Source: a virus (lineage: Duplodnaviria; Caudoviricetes). From it: DNA of 64,000 nucleotides. Location: IMG/VR virus record IMGVR_UViG_2974646641_000001, positions 9,788 through 73,787 of that record, one strand, 5' to 3'. The notes under the pieces were generated by a model. It searched no databases. It was not told the DNA's origin and was given only the letters and a program-made list of their open reading frames with translations. Positions 20,362 through 30,218 of this stretch are shown piece by piece (the stretch's first letter is position 1; every line of letters starts with the position of its first letter). A program made the translations under genes and the position numbers.

Positions 20362-21333
20362 ATGGAACTATTTAATCAAGAAGTCTGGGACACAAAAGTC
20401 AAAGATGAAGATAAAGAAGCCTTAGAAGATTACTTATTAGAGCTTGAAGCCAACGGTCGGGCCGTTAAGACTCGTTATCAGTATAAGGCAGATATTCGTG
20501 GATTCTTATGCTATTCAAATAAGAAATATCCAAACAAAACTGTCACACAATTAAAGCGTAAAGATTTTCGTAATTTCTTCTTATTAATGCAACGTGATGG
20601 AACCAGCCATGCACGTATTAATCGTTTTCAAAGTAGTATTAGAAATTTTCTGGAATATCTGACAATCAGTGAAGACTACGATTACGAAGTAAACCAAATG
20701 CACGCCATTAAGGGTCTTATCAAAGAACCTGTTAAAACACACACTTATTTAACAGATGGCGAAGTTAACATGTTGCTAGATTATTTAATTCGCCATAAGA
20801 AATACGAAAAGGCTTTATTTGTTAGCCTTGCTTATGAATCATGCGGTCGGCGGAATGAAATTCTACAAGTTAAAAAGGATAAATTCGTGGAATCAAATCA
20901 AACAAACACCGTTATTGGTAAGCGTGCAAAACGCTTTAAATTAATCTATTTCAAGCGTACTCAACAAATCGCTGACCTTTATTTAAAGCAACGGGGCGAT
21001 GATGACATTGATAGTTTATGGATTTCAGACTACGGTGACGAACGCCACGCAATTAACTACTCCGTGTTCTATGAATGGTGCAACCAATTCGGTCGTATTT
21101 TAACAAAACTCACTGGTCATGAGGTTGCTGTTCACCCTCACGATTTCAGACGTACTGGTCTTGAAAACTACTCTACTGGTGTTCATCACGTATTAAAGGA
21201 AGCAGACAAGGACGCATTACCTTTGGAAGTGCTGAAACTGGTTGCTCATCATTCAAGTTCTGAAACTACGCAAGGTTATCTACAAGACCATGATGATGAC
21301 AAATTGAGTGACGCATTCGGAATTGAAATTTAA
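20362..21333 (+). CDS. tyrosine recombinase (Xer/integrase family)
   Basis: SAM-like N-domain; GRRNEI, GKRAK, HPHDFRRT, HSSSETTQGY catalytic boxes. Confidence 0.9.
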   Translation: MELFNQEVWDTKVKDEDKEALEDYLLELEANGRAVKTRYQYKADIRGFLCYSNKKYPNKTVTQLKRKDFRNFFLLMQRDGTSHARINRFQSSIRNFLEYLTISEDYDYEVNQMHAIKGLIKEPVKTHTYLTDGEVNMLLDYLIRHKKYEKALFVSLAYESCGRRNEILQVKKDKFVESNQTNTVIGKRAKRFKLIYFKRTQQIADLYLKQRGDDDIDSLWISDYGDERHAINYSVFYEWCNQFGRILTKLTGHEVAVHPHDFRRTGLENYSTGVHHVLKEADKDALPLEVLKLVAHHSSSETTQGYLQDHDDDKLSDAFGIEI

Positions 21334-21350
21334 TAAAGGGGTTTTAAACT

Positions 21351-21599
21351 ATGAATACAGTAGAAGTACAAGATGGCGAAGCAACTTTAACACGGGCAGT
21401 CCTATTCGATTGTCGAGCGAAAGGTATGTCAGCATTCCTCACGAAGCGTGACTTGGACGACTACCTTGAATTACTATACTATAAAGCCAACAAAGATGAC
21501 AATAAGATTAATAAGCGAAAATACAACGCAATGGTTAAAAAGATGGATATTACTGAATATGATTATTATGGCGTAAAAATCGGTTATCTAGTAAAATAA
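21351..21599 (+). CDS. hypothetical protein
   Basis: 82 aa ORF with AAAGGGG RBS. Confidence 0.6.
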   Translation: MNTVEVQDGEATLTRAVLFDCRAKGMSAFLTKRDLDDYLELLYYKANKDDNKINKRKYNAMVKKMDITEYDYYGVKIGYLVK

Positions 21600-21605
21600 T
21601 CAAAC

Positions 21606-21638
21606 AAAAAGGGCACCCGAAATTGGGTGTCCTTTTTT
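21606..21638. terminator. bidirectional intrinsic terminator between convergent blocks
   Basis: aaaaa-gggcaccc-gaaatt-gggtgtcc-tttttt. Confidence 0.85.
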
Positions 21639-24600
21639 ATTTGTCGAAAACCAATCTTACTTTACTACCATATCCGTTAATCAACATTGCCGTTGTGCTA
21701 AGGTTATGGTCACGTCTTAATCTAAACGAATCTTGCTGACGATAGCCGGTTACTACCAACTTATTACCTCTTTCCAGCCAACTGTCTGAAACACAATGAC
21801 GGTTCTTACCTTGGCCGACCATTTCTTTTTTACCAAGTTTTGCGTACAATTGACGTCCTAAGGACACAATTGCTAAACCATCTGGTGTTAATAGGCTAAC
21901 CGTTGATTTGATATTATTCTTTGCCACAATGGTTCCTGCAATAATATGATTTTCATAGATTGAGAACTTGCGTCCGTTCCGGCTAGTCACTTCTTTAATG
22001 ACTTTTGGTTCTGGTTCTAACTCATTAAACGCTTGATAATTGAGCATTGTTCCAAGCGTTGACACTTCAAGTTCATGCTTTTCAGGGTAGAAGTTTAACG
22101 CCTCAAAAGCCCAGTGTTCTGGATTCCCTTTGCATTCCTTAGTCCATAATTCAGCACAACGTTTTTTCCGCTCAATTTCAACCGCCTCTGGAGTTTTCAG
22201 CCACTCTTTTAATGGTTTTGCAAACACATTAAACCATTTGTTATAACGTTTTGTATCAATGACAAGACGTTCATCATCAATGCTCCATAAGCTATCCTCT
22301 GGGGTCTTCTTTAATCCGTTCTCGTATTCTACGATTAAAGGTTCAACGGTATTGAGGAACCAGCGACCAATCGGGCTATCAAGTTTAACGTCATTGTCCT
22401 TTACATGCTTTTTCATTAGATAAGCATTCTTTTGTAGCTCATATTCCTCTGGAATCTTATCTTTAATCTTTTTAATCTGAACTGTGGTTAGTTTTGCTTT
22501 TGGTTCTGTTACTTCGGAAATATAATCAATCATGAGCTTTCTACGGTCATTTTCAAAATAATTGAACGCTCCAGATTTGATTAGTAGAATCATCTTCTTA
22601 ATTGAGAAGACTTCTTTATTCTTATCAATGAAGTCGTCTAGCGAATCATAGGGGCGATTGTCCATGATACTTTCAATTTCATTAGTGCCGATACCAGATA
22701 TGGCATTTAGTCCCAGCAAAATATTTTTAGATTGTTCGGTAATCTTAGGGACGAATCCTACCTCACTACGGTTAATATCTGGATAGGTCACTAATCCTTT
22801 TGGAAGCTGGCCAATCGCCGTTGCAAGCTTATTGTAGTCTGGATTTGCCATTTCATCACCATATGTCTTGGCATTGACCGATAATACAGCGGTTTGCCAA
22901 TAAATTGGGTCGAATCGGTAGCAGATATTCATTTCAACCATCAAAATCAATGTATATGGTAGTGAGTGACTAACCGAAAACGCGTACCCCGATTGAATAG
23001 AGATTTGTTCGTCCCAGACGTATTTTGCAAACTCATCTCTAAGACCGTGTTCCTTAGCTTTTTTCAAAAAGAATACGTGTTGTTCCTCTTGCTTCTTTTT
23101 GTCCTTTTTAGCAATTGACTTCCGTAACTTGTTTGCCTCTTGCAATGAGTAGTCAGCAATCTTTAACACCATTTGCATTAGACGTTCCTGTGAGTTGTTT
23201 ACCCCTTTATAATCATCAAGCAGTTCGTGCATTAATTTCTTTTCATTGTCATTAAGCCCAGCATGGTTCATATCCATATCCCAGTCGCTAGGGTTGTTCT
23301 GATAGCGAATAAAACGGTCAAGCGCTAGTTCATCGCTGTCACCACCGGTCAGTCGCATAAGACCATTGGCAGATACCAAAGCCATATAATCACGAGCGTT
23401 TAGCTTACGCAACGTCTTATAACCAACTGATGAACTAAATTCAAAAGCGTCAATGACTTTCCCGTCAAACAGCATTTTGTACATTTCAGGATTAGTCATG
23501 TCCAGTGCTTCTGGGCCAAAATATTTCATATAGGTTTCACGCAACGTATCTTGTTTATTAACTAGACCATCTTTAATCAGCATATCAATCGCACAATGAA
23601 CTTTATCCAAGGCTGATAATGATAGGAAGTCGAACTTAATCATGCCGGCATATTCAGAGTCGTCAGCGTCAAATTGAGTAACGGCAATTCCGTTTGGCGT
23701 GAGCATTGCGGCATTATGTTCTGTATAGCCGTTGTTGGCAACCAACACACCAGAAGCATGTTCGCTACGGCCGACAACCAATCCGAATAAACCGATAATT
23801 GTTTCTTTCATATTAGGGTATTTGTTTACTTCTGATAACAGTTTATTAGATGGTTTACGACCCTTTTTCTCATTACCAAGCAAAGCGTCTGTAATCGGCC
23901 ACTCATCATGTCCGTCTGCTGGTAGCAAGGAAACAATATAATTAACTTCGTTGTTATCAATCCCTAAGCCACGTCCGGCGTACTTGATGGCCGCACGTGT
24001 TCCAATTGTCGTGAAAGTTGCAAAGTTAAGAACCTTATCTTTTCCGTATACTTCTTTAACTTTGTCAATAATTTTTTCGCGCTTCGAGGCTTCCGTATCT
24101 GTATCAATATCTGGATAGTTAGAAGCAGTGTTTTCCGTAACACGTTCGGCTGAAAGAAAACGGTAATGCGGTAAGTCATATTTTAAGGCGTCAACTTGCG
24201 TCAAACCAATCAAGTAGTTCAATAACCAGCATGATGAACTCCCACGGCCGGGGCCAACTAAGCTTTGGCTCCACATAATATCAACAAAGTCATGCTGTGC
24301 AATAAAATAAGAACTCATTGGCTGGCCGATATTTTCAGTGATTTTGACAAGTTCTCCGACTTCCAAATCAAGGCGCTTTAGATAATCATTCTTATCCAAC
24401 AGTCCGTGTTTTTTAAGGCCATCGAGAGCTAACTTCATCAAATAACCATCAGTTTCGTGTTCACTCTCAACCATAACCTTAATGTTTGGCAAGTCTTCAC
24501 CGTGGTAGAAGTCTTCGTAAGTTGGTTTCTCAAACTCTGGAATGTGTCCCTTTGGAACAATTGGCGTATGTTCTAACGAATAATCCTGAACACGTTCAAT

Positions 24601-25497
24601 GATTGAATGCAAGGCCGTGAACGCCTTTGTCAATGTATCATCATCAAAGAACTCAAATAGCTCCTCTACGCTGAATAAGTGCGCCGTATCGTAAACTGAT
24701 AAATCTCTTTCTTGGTTTCGAGATAATAATAGGGCACCGTGTACAGGCCGTTGTGATTCATTCAAATAATGAGAATCGGTTGTAATAATAAATGGAACGC
24801 CAAGCGATTTGCTAATTCTCTTTAGCCAATTGTTGACCACCAGTTGTTCTTTGTTGTGACTTGGCATTAATTCAAGAAAGAAGTTGTCTTTACCGAACAC
24901 TTTAATCGCCCAGTCAATCATGGCTTTTACTTTGTTAAGATGAACCTTGTCACCATCATCTTCGTAAGCTAGAAGCTCCTGTGCTACATATCCTCCAAGA
25001 CAAGCTGTGCTTGCAATGACATGGCCTTTGTAATCACCGCTTTTCATAAGTGCTTCTATTTCACCGTAGAAGCTTGGAACACGTTCAGCACCATGATATA
25101 CGTGATAATGGCTCCAAGCAAGTGAAGACTGCTTTTGAAGGAACTCGTGACCTTTCTTATCAAGAGCATTTAATAGGAAGTGGTTGAACTTGAAAGGCTC
25201 GTTAGCTTCCTCTGCCTTTTCCATCTCACTTTGGTCAACTAAGTAAATTTCGTTGCCTAAAACCAGTTTAATGTCCTTGAATTTATCTTGATTATCATGA
25301 TAGTAGCGCTCGGCCTTAATGTGGTCGCTAAGAGATTCATGTCCCGTGAACGACACTGCTTTTAAACCGATTTTATTGGCGTAATCTAGCATTTCTTTTA
25401 TGGTAATTGTACTATCCAGAAAACGTAGGTTACTGCTAAGGTCTGTGTGGCCATGTAGATTGCCATATTTGTAAGCTATCAACTCATTTTTATCCAT
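21637..25497 (-). CDS. dnaE: DNA polymerase III alpha subunit (DnaE type)
   Basis: PHP domain (LHGHTD, TTDSHY), GPGRGSS, YPDIDTD, KFDFLSL, GYAFSVSH, OB-fold C-terminus. Confidence 0.95.
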   Translation of the reverse strand: MDKNELIAYKYGNLHGHTDLSSNLRFLDSTITIKEMLDYANKIGLKAVSFTGHESLSDHIKAERYYHDNQDKFKDIKLVLGNEIYLVDQSEMEKAEEANEPFKFNHFLLNALDKKGHEFLQKQSSLAWSHYHVYHGAERVPSFYGEIEALMKSGDYKGHVIASTACLGGYVAQELLAYEDDGDKVHLNKVKAMIDWAIKVFGKDNFFLELMPSHNKEQLVVNNWLKRISKSLGVPFIITTDSHYLNESQRPVHGALLLSRNQERDLSVYDTAHLFSVEELFEFFDDDTLTKAFTALHSIIERVQDYSLEHTPIVPKGHIPEFEKPTYEDFYHGEDLPNIKVMVESEHETDGYLMKLALDGLKKHGLLDKNDYLKRLDLEVGELVKITENIGQPMSSYFIAQHDFVDIMWSQSLVGPGRGSSSCWLLNYLIGLTQVDALKYDLPHYRFLSAERVTENTASNYPDIDTDTEASKREKIIDKVKEVYGKDKVLNFATFTTIGTRAAIKYAGRGLGIDNNEVNYIVSLLPADGHDEWPITDALLGNEKKGRKPSNKLLSEVNKYPNMKETIIGLFGLVVGRSEHASGVLVANNGYTEHNAAMLTPNGIAVTQFDADDSEYAGMIKFDFLSLSALDKVHCAIDMLIKDGLVNKQDTLRETYMKYFGPEALDMTNPEMYKMLFDGKVIDAFEFSSSVGYKTLRKLNARDYMALVSANGLMRLTGGDSDELALDRFIRYQNNPSDWDMDMNHAGLNDNEKKLMHELLDDYKGVNNSQERLMQMVLKIADYSLQEANKLRKSIAKKDKKKQEEQHVFFLKKAKEHGLRDEFAKYVWDEQISIQSGYAFSVSHSLPYTLILMVEMNICYRFDPIYWQTAVLSVNAKTYGDEMANPDYNKLATAIGQLPKGLVTYPDINRSEVGFVPKITEQSKNILLGLNAISGIGTNEIESIMDNRPYDSLDDFIDKNKEVFSIKKMILLIKSGAFNYFENDRRKLMIDYISEVTEPKAKLTTVQIKKIKDKIPEEYELQKNAYLMKKHVKDNDVKLDSPIGRWFLNTVEPLIVEYENGLKKTPEDSLWSIDDERLVIDTKRYNKWFNVFAKPLKEWLKTPEAVEIERKKRCAELWTKECKGNPEHWAFEALNFYPEKHELEVSTLGTMLNYQAFNELEPEPKVIKEVTSRNGRKFSIYENHIIAGTIVAKNNIKSTVSLLTPDGLAIVSLGRQLYAKLGKKEMVGQGKNRHCVSDSWLERGNKLVVTGYRQQDSFRLRRDHNLSTTAMLINGYGSKVRLVFDK

Positions 25498-25518
25498 TTT
25501 ATTATCTTTCCTCTCGTA

Positions 25519-26163
25519 CTAATTATAGTCCTGTTCACCCATTAGTTGCTCAACTTTACGAGCTAACTCATCACCAAATTTATCTTTAATATTTTTTATC
25601 GCATTTTCATCTGCATAAGTTAGCCAGAAACCGCTTGTCTGATTGAGCTTACCTTTGAGAATACTATTAATGTTTCCGTGGCTAACTCCAAGTGACCTGC
25701 CAGCTTCACGTTGCGATTCAAAATGCAATACTTTCAATGTGCCTAATTTAACTGCAATTACAGGCGATTTAGGTGCATTATTTTTGTAATTTGTATGACC
25801 TAATTTATCCCGATATGCAATGTTTTGTTTACGTGTACACCATTCCAAATTCTCAACATAATTATTAGCTGGGTTACAATCCCTGTGAATAACTTCTGGT
25901 AAATTGTCTGGATTCGGCAAGAAACAAGTAGCGATTACTCTATGAACTAGTCGGTAGACTTTCTCCCCGTTTACGCTGAATTGTGCTATCATATAACCAC
26001 ACTTGTCGCAGTATGGCTTCAAGACACGCCCCTTTATGAAGCACTTTCTGCCATTTTTTCGTATAACAATTCTATCGACCGTCCTAACACGCCCTAAATT
26101 ACTCGCCTGAATAAAGTCAAATTCAGGGTAAGTTTTCCAAATCTCTTTTTCACTTTTATCCAT
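25519..26163 (-). CDS. NUMOD4-HNH-NUMOD1 homing endonuclease
   Basis: EIWK...SNLGRVR; LVHRVIA..F..N...H.D.N..NN...NLEW; FESQREAGR. Confidence 0.9.
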   Translation of the reverse strand: MDKSEKEIWKTYPEFDFIQASNLGRVRTVDRIVIRKNGRKCFIKGRVLKPYCDKCGYMIAQFSVNGEKVYRLVHRVIATCFLPNPDNLPEVIHRDCNPANNYVENLEWCTRKQNIAYRDKLGHTNYKNNAPKSPVIAVKLGTLKVLHFESQREAGRSLGVSHGNINSILKGKLNQTSGFWLTYADENAIKNIKDKFGDELARKVEQLMGEQDYN

Positions 26164-26233
26164 TGTTGTTTCCTCCTTTTTTCGATATTATTATAGTACC
26201 ACACTCTGTTAAGTTTTGCAACCCTATAAACGC

Positions 26234-26262
26234 AAAAAACAGCCACCTTTTATAGTGGCTGT
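26234..26262 (-). terminator. intrinsic terminator
   Basis: acagccac/gtggctgt stem with A-run giving a U-tract on the minus strand. Confidence 0.7.
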
Positions 26263-26266
26263 AATT

Positions 26267-26632
26267 TTATTGTGGCTGTGTGAGCTTCTTCATATGTTCA
26301 TCAATAATGTGGCTGACCTCATCGTTGTTGAAACCGACAGCTTGTAATACTGCATAAATGGCAAGTACATCTTTCTCGGCATATGATTTAATAGGTGTTT
26401 CTGTACCCGCAACTGAAAATCCTTGCCCTAAATCAACGGCAATTGCACTAAATTTAGGGCTGTTGTAGAACGTGGCAAAGCTCTCGCCAGTCGGAACCTT
26501 GTGATTACCGTGGGCGTGGTTCCATCGGCTACGGGGTTGGTCGCCGTGAAAGACGGCGTAGTAACGTTTATAGATATTATTTGTCGGTGTCTTCATTGGA
26601 CGTTTCGTAATACTTTTGTGCTTCTTTAACAT
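26267..26632 (-). CDS. hypothetical protein
   Basis: 121 aa ORF in co-oriented run; start uncertain. Confidence 0.55.
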   Translation of the reverse strand: MLKKHKSITKRPMKTPTNNIYKRYYAVFHGDQPRSRWNHAHGNHKVPTGESFATFYNSPKFSAIAVDLGQGFSVAGTETPIKSYAEKDVLAIYAVLQAVGFNNDEVSHIIDEHMKKLTQPQ

Positions 26633-26888
26633 TTTTAGTGGCCTCCTCTAAGATTGAATCAAATTCATCAAGATATTCACGAACAGTTGTAACTTTCTTT
26701 TCGTTTTTATTAATGACGGTTTGAGCATAATATTTCAGTGCGTAAATAACGTCTTTGTGGTAAGTTCGTTCAAATCGCGGTTTCCGTCCTTTTTTCTGGA
26801 TTTTGTGAATTAATATCACACCAGAAACAGAATATTCATTATTGATTAACAGCCAAGACGGCGATAGTTTAATTTCTAAAGACATCAT
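26577..26888 (-). CDS. hypothetical protein
   Basis: 103 aa; ATGA overlap with upstream HNH. Confidence 0.6.
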   Translation of the reverse strand: MMSLEIKLSPSWLLINNEYSVSGVILIHKIQKKGRKPRFERTYHKDVIYALKYYAQTVINKNEKKVTTVREYLDEFDSILEEATKNVKEAQKYYETSNEDTDK

Positions 26889-27511
26889 TGCACCTCCATT
26901 ATTTTTGCGACTTTTTCAGCAACATAGTTACCAAACTTGGTTCTGGTATTCTCTACGGAATTATTATCAGCGTTTGTAAACCAGAAGTTGTGATGTTGTT
27001 TGTAGCGACCTTTGGTAACGTCTTTAATGGCTGGCTGATAAGCCCCTAACCGTCTGGCGGCTTCATGTTGTGATGGAAACCGCAAAACTTCTAACGTTTT
27101 TAAATTAACTGCAATTACAGGCTTCTTTGGTTTGTTGTGGCGAGCTGTGTGACCTAATTTATCCCGATATGCAATGTTATCTTGGCGAGTGACCCACTCT
27201 AGGTTCTCTACTCGATTGTCGGTGCGAACGGCGTTCTTGTGGTTCACCTCTGGCAAGTCATCAGGATTGTCCAAAAAGCAACCTGCAATGATTCGATGGA
27301 CTTTTTTGGTAACTTGTTTGCCATCTGCACTAAAACACACATACATGTAACCACTTTTATCACGTTGTGGTTTCAAAATCCTCCCTTTAATCAACCGCTT
27401 GCCATTCTTGACTTTGACATATCTTTCAACCGTTCTAACTCTGCCAAAATCGCTTCCCTGAATAAAGCCAAACTCTGGATAAGTCCTCCAAATCTCTTTT
27501 TCCCTATCCAT
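26885..27511 (-). CDS. NUMOD4-HNH-NUMOD1 homing endonuclease
   Basis: EIWRTYPE; KVHRIIA...VNHKNAVRTDNRVENLEW; FPSQHEAARRL. Confidence 0.9.
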   Translation of the reverse strand: MDREKEIWRTYPEFGFIQGSDFGRVRTVERYVKVKNGKRLIKGRILKPQRDKSGYMYVCFSADGKQVTKKVHRIIAGCFLDNPDDLPEVNHKNAVRTDNRVENLEWVTRQDNIAYRDKLGHTARHNKPKKPVIAVNLKTLEVLRFPSQHEAARRLGAYQPAIKDVTKGRYKQHHNFWFTNADNNSVENTRTKFGNYVAEKVAKIMEVQ

Positions 27512-27751
27512 AAAAATTCCTCCTTTTCAACTATGGCTCTATTATAAATCATCTCTGTCCAAAAGTCAACCATTTTTGAATAAAATCGGGATTTTACTCA
27601 CAATTTTTGACCTGATAATCGCTATAATCCAATATACGCCTGTCAGACGGCTTCTAGGATATTTTACTAGGCGTCTGGTATAATAAGCCATGAGTTTTTC
27701 CAAAACAGCTCTGACGGACTCTCACAAGACTATTTTTTCAGAACCGCCATT

Positions 27752-28078
27752 TTAGCGGCTGATTTTTGGTGGTTTTGGCAGATTACTTCTAAATAATCTA
27801 ACTCTACACCAACTCCGACCAAAAGAAATGTAATAGCCAAGTTTACTAAAGTATTGCTCAATTGCTTCTGCTCTATCGTCATCGGTACGTGTCCAGAAGT
27901 GGATATAAACATAATCTTCACCATTTCTGACAGTCTTTTCAATTTCTCTCTTAATGACTTGTACCTTTTTATCATGTTCAATATCTTCAAGATAATATTC
28001 AACACGTGCTTCCTTATTCTCACGACTTAGTTCCTGTGCTTCTTTTGCGCTCATAAATTTCATCATGCTTCGCCCCAA
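27752..28078 (-). CDS. hypothetical protein
   Basis: ~105 aa; coupled to upstream ORF. Confidence 0.6.
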   Translation of the reverse strand: MGRSMMKFMSAKEAQELSRENKEARVEYYLEDIEHDKKVQVIKREIEKTVRNGEDYVYIHFWTRTDDDRAEAIEQYFSKLGYYISFGRSWCRVRLFRSNLPKPPKISR

Positions 28079-28419
28079 TCAATTTTTACGTGCACTTCTT
28101 TAAAAAATCCGCCCCTATCCACGAACGGGTCTGCTGGCAGAGGAATGACCTTTGTAGTAATATTAAGTATCAAATTGTTCTTTCGTAAGTTTACCGCATA
28201 TAATTCTTGATTGTAAAGCATATCCTCCAGCATTTTGGTTGGCTTATCATACGGTTCTTTACCATCAAACAGTCGACCGTACATTTCCAAACAATAATGA
28301 CCATTTGACGCAGAACCACGCAAGGCTTCAACCAACGTGTCCCAGTAATCTGGTTTACCTTTTTCCTCAATTGCTTTTCTAGCTGATTCACGCAACTCTT
28401 TAAACAAATCTTTTTCCAT
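28063..28419 (-). CDS. hypothetical protein
   Basis: AAGGAG RBS; own promoter-like TTGACA upstream. Confidence 0.65.
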   Translation of the reverse strand: MEKDLFKELRESARKAIEEKGKPDYWDTLVEALRGSASNGHYCLEMYGRLFDGKEPYDKPTKMLEDMLYNQELYAVNLRKNNLILNITTKVIPLPADPFVDRGGFFKEVHVKIDWGEA

Positions 28420-28474
28420 TTCTATCATCTCCTTGCAATTATAATACCACATTCTAGTCAAGATGTCAATAATA

Positions 28475-28503
28475 AAAAAAGAGGTGCATTACACACCTCT
28501 TTT
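28475..28503. terminator. intrinsic terminator
   Basis: gaggtg/cacctc stem flanked by A and T runs. Confidence 0.75.
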
Positions 28504-28507
28504 AATC

Positions 28508-29236
28508 TTACCAAGCGGTTGCTTGCCAAGCAACGATTCCTTGTTTGCGATATAATTGAGCGGCCTCGTTAATTTGTGTACCGACATTGCCGTGACTGGA
28601 ACGCATTAACTGGAACAAGCCATGAGCACCGCTTCCTTCTGAATTATAAACGCCAACATTACCACGGCTTTCTCGATTGATAATCATACTCCAAGTCGAA
28701 GCAGATTCACCAGTTCGTGAACTCATCTCTGCGGCCACTTGATTAATTTCCGCTTGTGACAATTGACCAGAAGTCTTTGACATTAATCCTTGGCTACTTT
28801 GCTGTGGTTGCGTTTGCTGTGGTTGAACTTTTTGTGACTGTGTTTGTTGTTGTTGTGAGCTCTGCTGTGGTTGTGAACTCTGTTGAGGTTGAACTTTTTG
28901 TGGCTGAACCTGATTTTGAGTTGTTGGAACTGAATAGCTAGGTGCCTTACTTGTCACCGCTGGTTGTTGTACCTTTGGTTGCGTTACTGCTGGGGCTTGC
29001 GTGTAAGTCGAATGGTTAACTGCTGGTGCGCTGATTTCCAACTTGTCGCCAATATAAATCAGGTCTGGGTTGCTTAAATGGTTCTGTGTAACAATATCAT
29101 TAATAGTCGTCCCATGCTGATAAGCAATTTGACTAACAGTATCTCCAGCTTGAACAGTGTAAGTGTCCGCGTTGGCCGCTTGAACTCCGAGCGCTAAACC
29201 TAGTGCCATTGAACTTGCTACCAATGCTTTTTTCAT
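28508..29236 (-). CDS. secreted LysM + Gln-rich linker + SLT-like lytic transglycosylase
   Basis: signal MKKALVASSMALGLALGVQAANA; YTVQAGDTVSQIA LysM; IINRESRGN...GAHGLFQ. Confidence 0.85.
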   Translation of the reverse strand: MKKALVASSMALGLALGVQAANADTYTVQAGDTVSQIAYQHGTTINDIVTQNHLSNPDLIYIGDKLEISAPAVNHSTYTQAPAVTQPKVQQPAVTSKAPSYSVPTTQNQVQPQKVQPQQSSQPQQSSQQQQTQSQKVQPQQTQPQQSSQGLMSKTSGQLSQAEINQVAAEMSSRTGESASTWSMIINRESRGNVGVYNSEGSGAHGLFQLMRSSHGNVGTQINEAAQLYRKQGIVAWQATAW

Positions 29237-29320
29237 AAATAAAAAACCTCTTTCTTTATTTGATAACCATATTATAACATATAATTGTTTCAAAACAGTT
29301 ACAGCGAAATTACTTATTCT

Positions 29321-30142
29321 TTACAAAGTACGTTTTATCAATTTTGCGGCCTTGCTTGCCACACTGTCACCGAATTTTTCTCTGGTAAGACTTACTGCGT
29401 TTGAGTCTGCTTTAGTAAACCAATAACCACCGAAATTGGCGCATTCACCTCTAATAACCATGCTAATTCCTCCTCGGCCAACCCTTAACTGACGAGCGGC
29501 CTCACGTTGAGATTTAAAGCATAGTGGCTCTTTGTTTTCTAGGTTGATTGCAATTACAAAACATTTTAAAATGCTAGACTTAATTTCTTGTAACTTCTCT
29601 TTAGTAATCTCATTTTTGGATTCCGTAAAATAGTAACCACCTGCCTGTTGATATTCACCTTTTAAAACTTTATTAATGTTTCCCTGTCCGACTAACGTCT
29701 GTCGTTCGGCTTCACGCTGTGAGTGAAAATATTGCTTTTTAAATGTCTTCAAATCGTATGCTGTTAAAGGGCGCCCCTTTGCCTCACCGTGCCTCTCCGT
29801 ATACTGGCGATTATAAGAAGCAGTGCACCATTCAAGGTTATCAACACGATTATCGGTTCTAATGCAATTTTTATGGTTAACTTGCGGTAGGCTATCAGAA
29901 TTCGGAATGAAAGTTTCTGCCACCAATCGGTGAACTTTTTTCGATTGCCATTTACCATTGTAAAAAACGTTCGCCGTTAAATAACTATGACTATTGTCAT
30001 ATTGTGGTCTAATCCCACCTTTAATATATCGTTCACCATTCTCATCGCAAATCACCATATCCAGCATATTAATTCTTCCACGAGAACTCGCTTCTACGCC
30101 GAGTACACTGGGAACTGGTTTCCAAATTTCCGTTTCATTCAT
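29321..30142 (-). CDS. NUMOD4-HNH homing endonuclease with two NUMOD1 repeats
   Basis: EIWKPVP; KVHRLVAETF..VNHKNCIRTDNRVDNLEW; two F.SQREA.R...GG repeats. Confidence 0.9.
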   Translation of the reverse strand: MNETEIWKPVPSVLGVEASSRGRINMLDMVICDENGERYIKGGIRPQYDNSHSYLTANVFYNGKWQSKKVHRLVAETFIPNSDSLPQVNHKNCIRTDNRVDNLEWCTASYNRQYTERHGEAKGRPLTAYDLKTFKKQYFHSQREAERQTLVGQGNINKVLKGEYQQAGGYYFTESKNEITKEKLQEIKSSILKCFVIAINLENKEPLCFKSQREAARQLRVGRGGISMVIRGECANFGGYWFTKADSNAVSLTREKFGDSVASKAAKLIKRTL

Positions 30143-30218
30143 TTTTAACCCTCATATTCTTTATTTTATATACTGATTATAGCACAACATTGTTACAAAA
30201 CCTATACAATGATATTAC

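Noticed and set aside
21637-25497. Intein or intron in dnaE or the helicase
   Set aside because: Continuous ORFs with no Hint or LAGLIDADG motifs; the only Hint domain is stand-alone
27560-27730. 170-nt intergenic stretch with an imperfect cagacg/cgtctg stem
   Set aside because: Weak, interrupted stem; compatible with an ordinary terminator/promoter spacer
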